A DNA stretch of 64,000 nt from Candidatus Moraniibacteriota bacterium. Its GTDB lineage: Bacteria > Patescibacteriota > Minisyncoccia > Moranbacterales > UBA1568. This document shows, one piece after another, positions 62,362 to 64,000 of this stretch. Each line of letters opens with the position of its first letter. The stretch's first letter is position 1. The stretch spans positions 465,084 through 529,083 of the forward strand of contig JBAQEZ010000003.1 in the NCBI GenBank assembly GCA_049287005.1. Direction: 5' to 3'. The notes under the pieces are model-generated. The model searched no databases and was not told the origin of the DNA. It was given only the letters and a program-made list of their open reading frames with translations. A program made the translations under genes and the position numbers.

Positions 62362-63843
62362 TTACATATAGAACCGGAGGATAATAGCATCAAAAATAAG
62401 ATACGTCGTCAGCGAAAATATGAGTATGAGAGCCGCGAGGAGTACGGTGTTGAAATACTTCTCCTTTTTGCAATAGGCAAGAACCGCTCCGAGACCGGTA
62501 CCGACGAGCAGGATATGCGCGGAGAGGTTGGGGAGGAAATACCGCCCCGGAGTGCCGAGGCTCATGGTCATGCTCCCGAGTCGGCTAAAGGCAGACCAGT
62601 CAGCGGCGCGGACTCCCAATTGCAGGGCAACGATCATACCGATGAGGAAGAGGATGTATTTCTTGGCGGGAAGGAAAGCGGGAGCTGATTTTTTGGAAAA
62701 AATGAGCATGCCGAGACCGATGAGCGCTATGGTTTCAATGACGAAGATGAAATTCATGCTATTGCTCAGGGTCCAGCTATTGATCCAGCTGAGCGTACCC
62801 CAGTAGGTGGAGGAGGGCAAGACAAATTTTTTAAAAGTAATCGTTCTGGAGATATAGTCACCGAGAGTATGCATTGTTTTGCTGAGAGAGAGGCTGCTTC
62901 CGAGGAAGTGACTGAACAGATAATAAGCGACGAAGAGAAATACAAAAAGGCATATGCTATAGACGCTATAGCGGAAGTGCTTATCCTGCAATCGCACTTT
63001 TCCGTAGAGCAAATAGGTGATGAGCGCGATGAATGCCACTATCAGGATATATCCTGTCCCTTTGGTCTGGGCTGCCACCAGTATCGATCCGAGCAGGAGC
63101 GTCAGGTTTTTCCAGTCCAGCCCTTTTTTGAGCGCGAGTACTCCGGCATACGTGAAGAGAAAAAAAATGGGGATGAGGAGGACATCGTAATTGATATTGG
63201 TGAAATAGAGCGAGAATTTCGGCTGAAAAGAAAGGAGAGAAGTGAGAATGAGGCTTGTTTTAGCGGAAAATCCGATGGTTCTCGCGGTGAGATAACAGAA
63301 AAAGACGGCCATTGTGCCGAGCAGGACTGAGAAACTCCTGATGAGATAGAACCGTACGAGAATGCTCTGATCTACGAAAAACTTTTCCAGCTGCGAGGCA
63401 ACTATATGATAGAGAGAAATTCCTGCGGTATCCGGTTCGGTATAGTAATTATAAGGTTTCCAGATTTTCGAATTTATCGCCGATTCGTTTTCTCCCTCGA
63501 AAGAGTGTGAAAATATGATGGTGTTAAAAATATCGCTTCGTAAAATATCGGTATTGACGACTGCAGCCGTTTTTTGGATTTCTTCGGAATAATTATACGT
63601 GTCGAAATCATCTTTGTCTCGCAAGGCGTCATCATTACGTCTTTGGTTTTTCTCAACATCTGGTACGACATTGTTTGGTTCGGCGAAGAATTGAATCGTG
63701 TTATAGTGCCGGGTCTCGTCTTGCCCGACAAAAAGTGGTTGGATGGCCGCCAAAAAAACGCCTTTGAGGAAAAAGACGATAAGAATCAAGGCTAAAATGA
63801 ATTTCGGATCTTTTAAAATGGTCAAAAAACGATTGTTTTCCAT
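62362..63843 (-). CDS. Polytopic membrane protein, probably a second GT-C fold glycosyltransferase
   Basis: 493 aa with more than ten TM helices. The first extracytoplasmic loop reads QPLFVGQDETRHYNTIQFF, a DE motif like ArnT and PMT. Confidence 0.5.
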   Translation of the reverse strand: MENNRFLTILKDPKFILALILIVFFLKGVFLAAIQPLFVGQDETRHYNTIQFFAEPNNVVPDVEKNQRRNDDALRDKDDFDTYNYSEEIQKTAAVVNTDILRSDIFNTIIFSHSFEGENESAINSKIWKPYNYYTEPDTAGISLYHIVASQLEKFFVDQSILVRFYLIRSFSVLLGTMAVFFCYLTARTIGFSAKTSLILTSLLSFQPKFSLYFTNINYDVLLIPIFFLFTYAGVLALKKGLDWKNLTLLLGSILVAAQTKGTGYILIVAFIALITYLLYGKVRLQDKHFRYSVYSICLFVFLFVAYYLFSHFLGSSLSLSKTMHTLGDYISRTITFKKFVLPSSTYWGTLSWINSWTLSNSMNFIFVIETIALIGLGMLIFSKKSAPAFLPAKKYILFLIGMIVALQLGVRAADWSAFSRLGSMTMSLGTPGRYFLPNLSAHILLVGTGLGAVLAYCKKEKYFNTVLLAALILIFSLTTYLIFDAIILRFYM

Positions 63844-63887
63844 GCTTTGAGTATACCATATTGAGAAATGGCACGTCCAAGGCTTGC

Positions 63888-63916
63888 TTGGAAAAATGGT
63901 AGAATTGAAGTATAAT
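63888..63916 (+). promoter_or_regulatory. Near-consensus sigma70 promoter facing the right window edge
   Basis: TTGGAA at 63888..63893, a 17-nt spacer, then TATAAT at 63911..63916. A hairpin ggct/agcc followed by T7 lies at 63922..63942. Confidence 0.3.
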
Positions 63917-64000
63917 GAAATGGCTATAAAAAGCCTTTTTTTAAGAATCGAAGAAGCAGCGCATCTTAAATCATAATGAGTAGCAAAAACACAATATGAA

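Noticed and set aside
1-64000. CRISPR arrays, transposases, integrases, prophage
   Set aside because: There are no regularly spaced direct repeats. No integrase is next to tRNA-Gln, and no transposase or phage structural gene motifs are present. The lone YvlD/holin-family gene has no lysin or phage context.

Overview
This 64-kb window looks like chromosomal DNA from a small-genome bacterium, possibly CPR/Patescibacteria-like. Genes are densely packed, GC is roughly 50%, and there are many hypothetical membrane proteins. I saw no rRNA, CRISPR array, transposase or integrase.

Recognisable housekeeping genes:
- pyrB, dnaX, proS, an archaeal-type UMP kinase, ispH, riboflavin synthesis genes, dnaJ, recJ, rnhA, a class A PBP, secD, secF, tyrS, tsaC, pheS and pheT.
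- One tRNA-Gln and a type-A RNase P RNA (rnpB).
- A 3'-truncated cfa-like methyltransferase at the left edge.
- Several sigma70-type promoters (TTGnnn-17-TAnnnT) and hairpin terminators that can be read directly.

The accessory or unusual content is:
- A two-gene module: a membrane protein followed by a soluble coupling-protein-like (VirD4/TraD/TrwB-type) ATPase that ends in a zinc ribbon.
- A membrane-anchored double-AAA+ Clp/Hsp100-like protein whose first ATPase domain looks degenerate.
- A SecD carrying an inserted parvulin-type PPIase domain.
- An envelope quality-control cluster: FtsB, a SurA/PrsA-like PPIase, an active HtrA and a catalytically dead HtrA paralogue.
- An atypical response regulator that lacks the phospho-acceptor Asp.
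- A protein fusing sigma-70 region 4 to a HARE-HTH domain.
- A split flavin-cofactor pathway: a bacterial riboflavin-kinase domain and an archaeal RibL-like FMN adenylyltransferase on opposite strands.
- A CIRCE-like operator overlapping the dnaJ promoter.
- A structured RNA candidate upstream of an ABC-F gene.
- A surface-glycosylation gene set: two GT-C and two GT-B glycosyltransferases, an epimerase and a polyprenyl-phosphate sugar transferase.
- A roughly 1000-aa secreted beta-helix/lipase/Ig-like protein next to a YvlD-type holin-family membrane protein.

Every call rests on reading motifs by eye; no searches were run.
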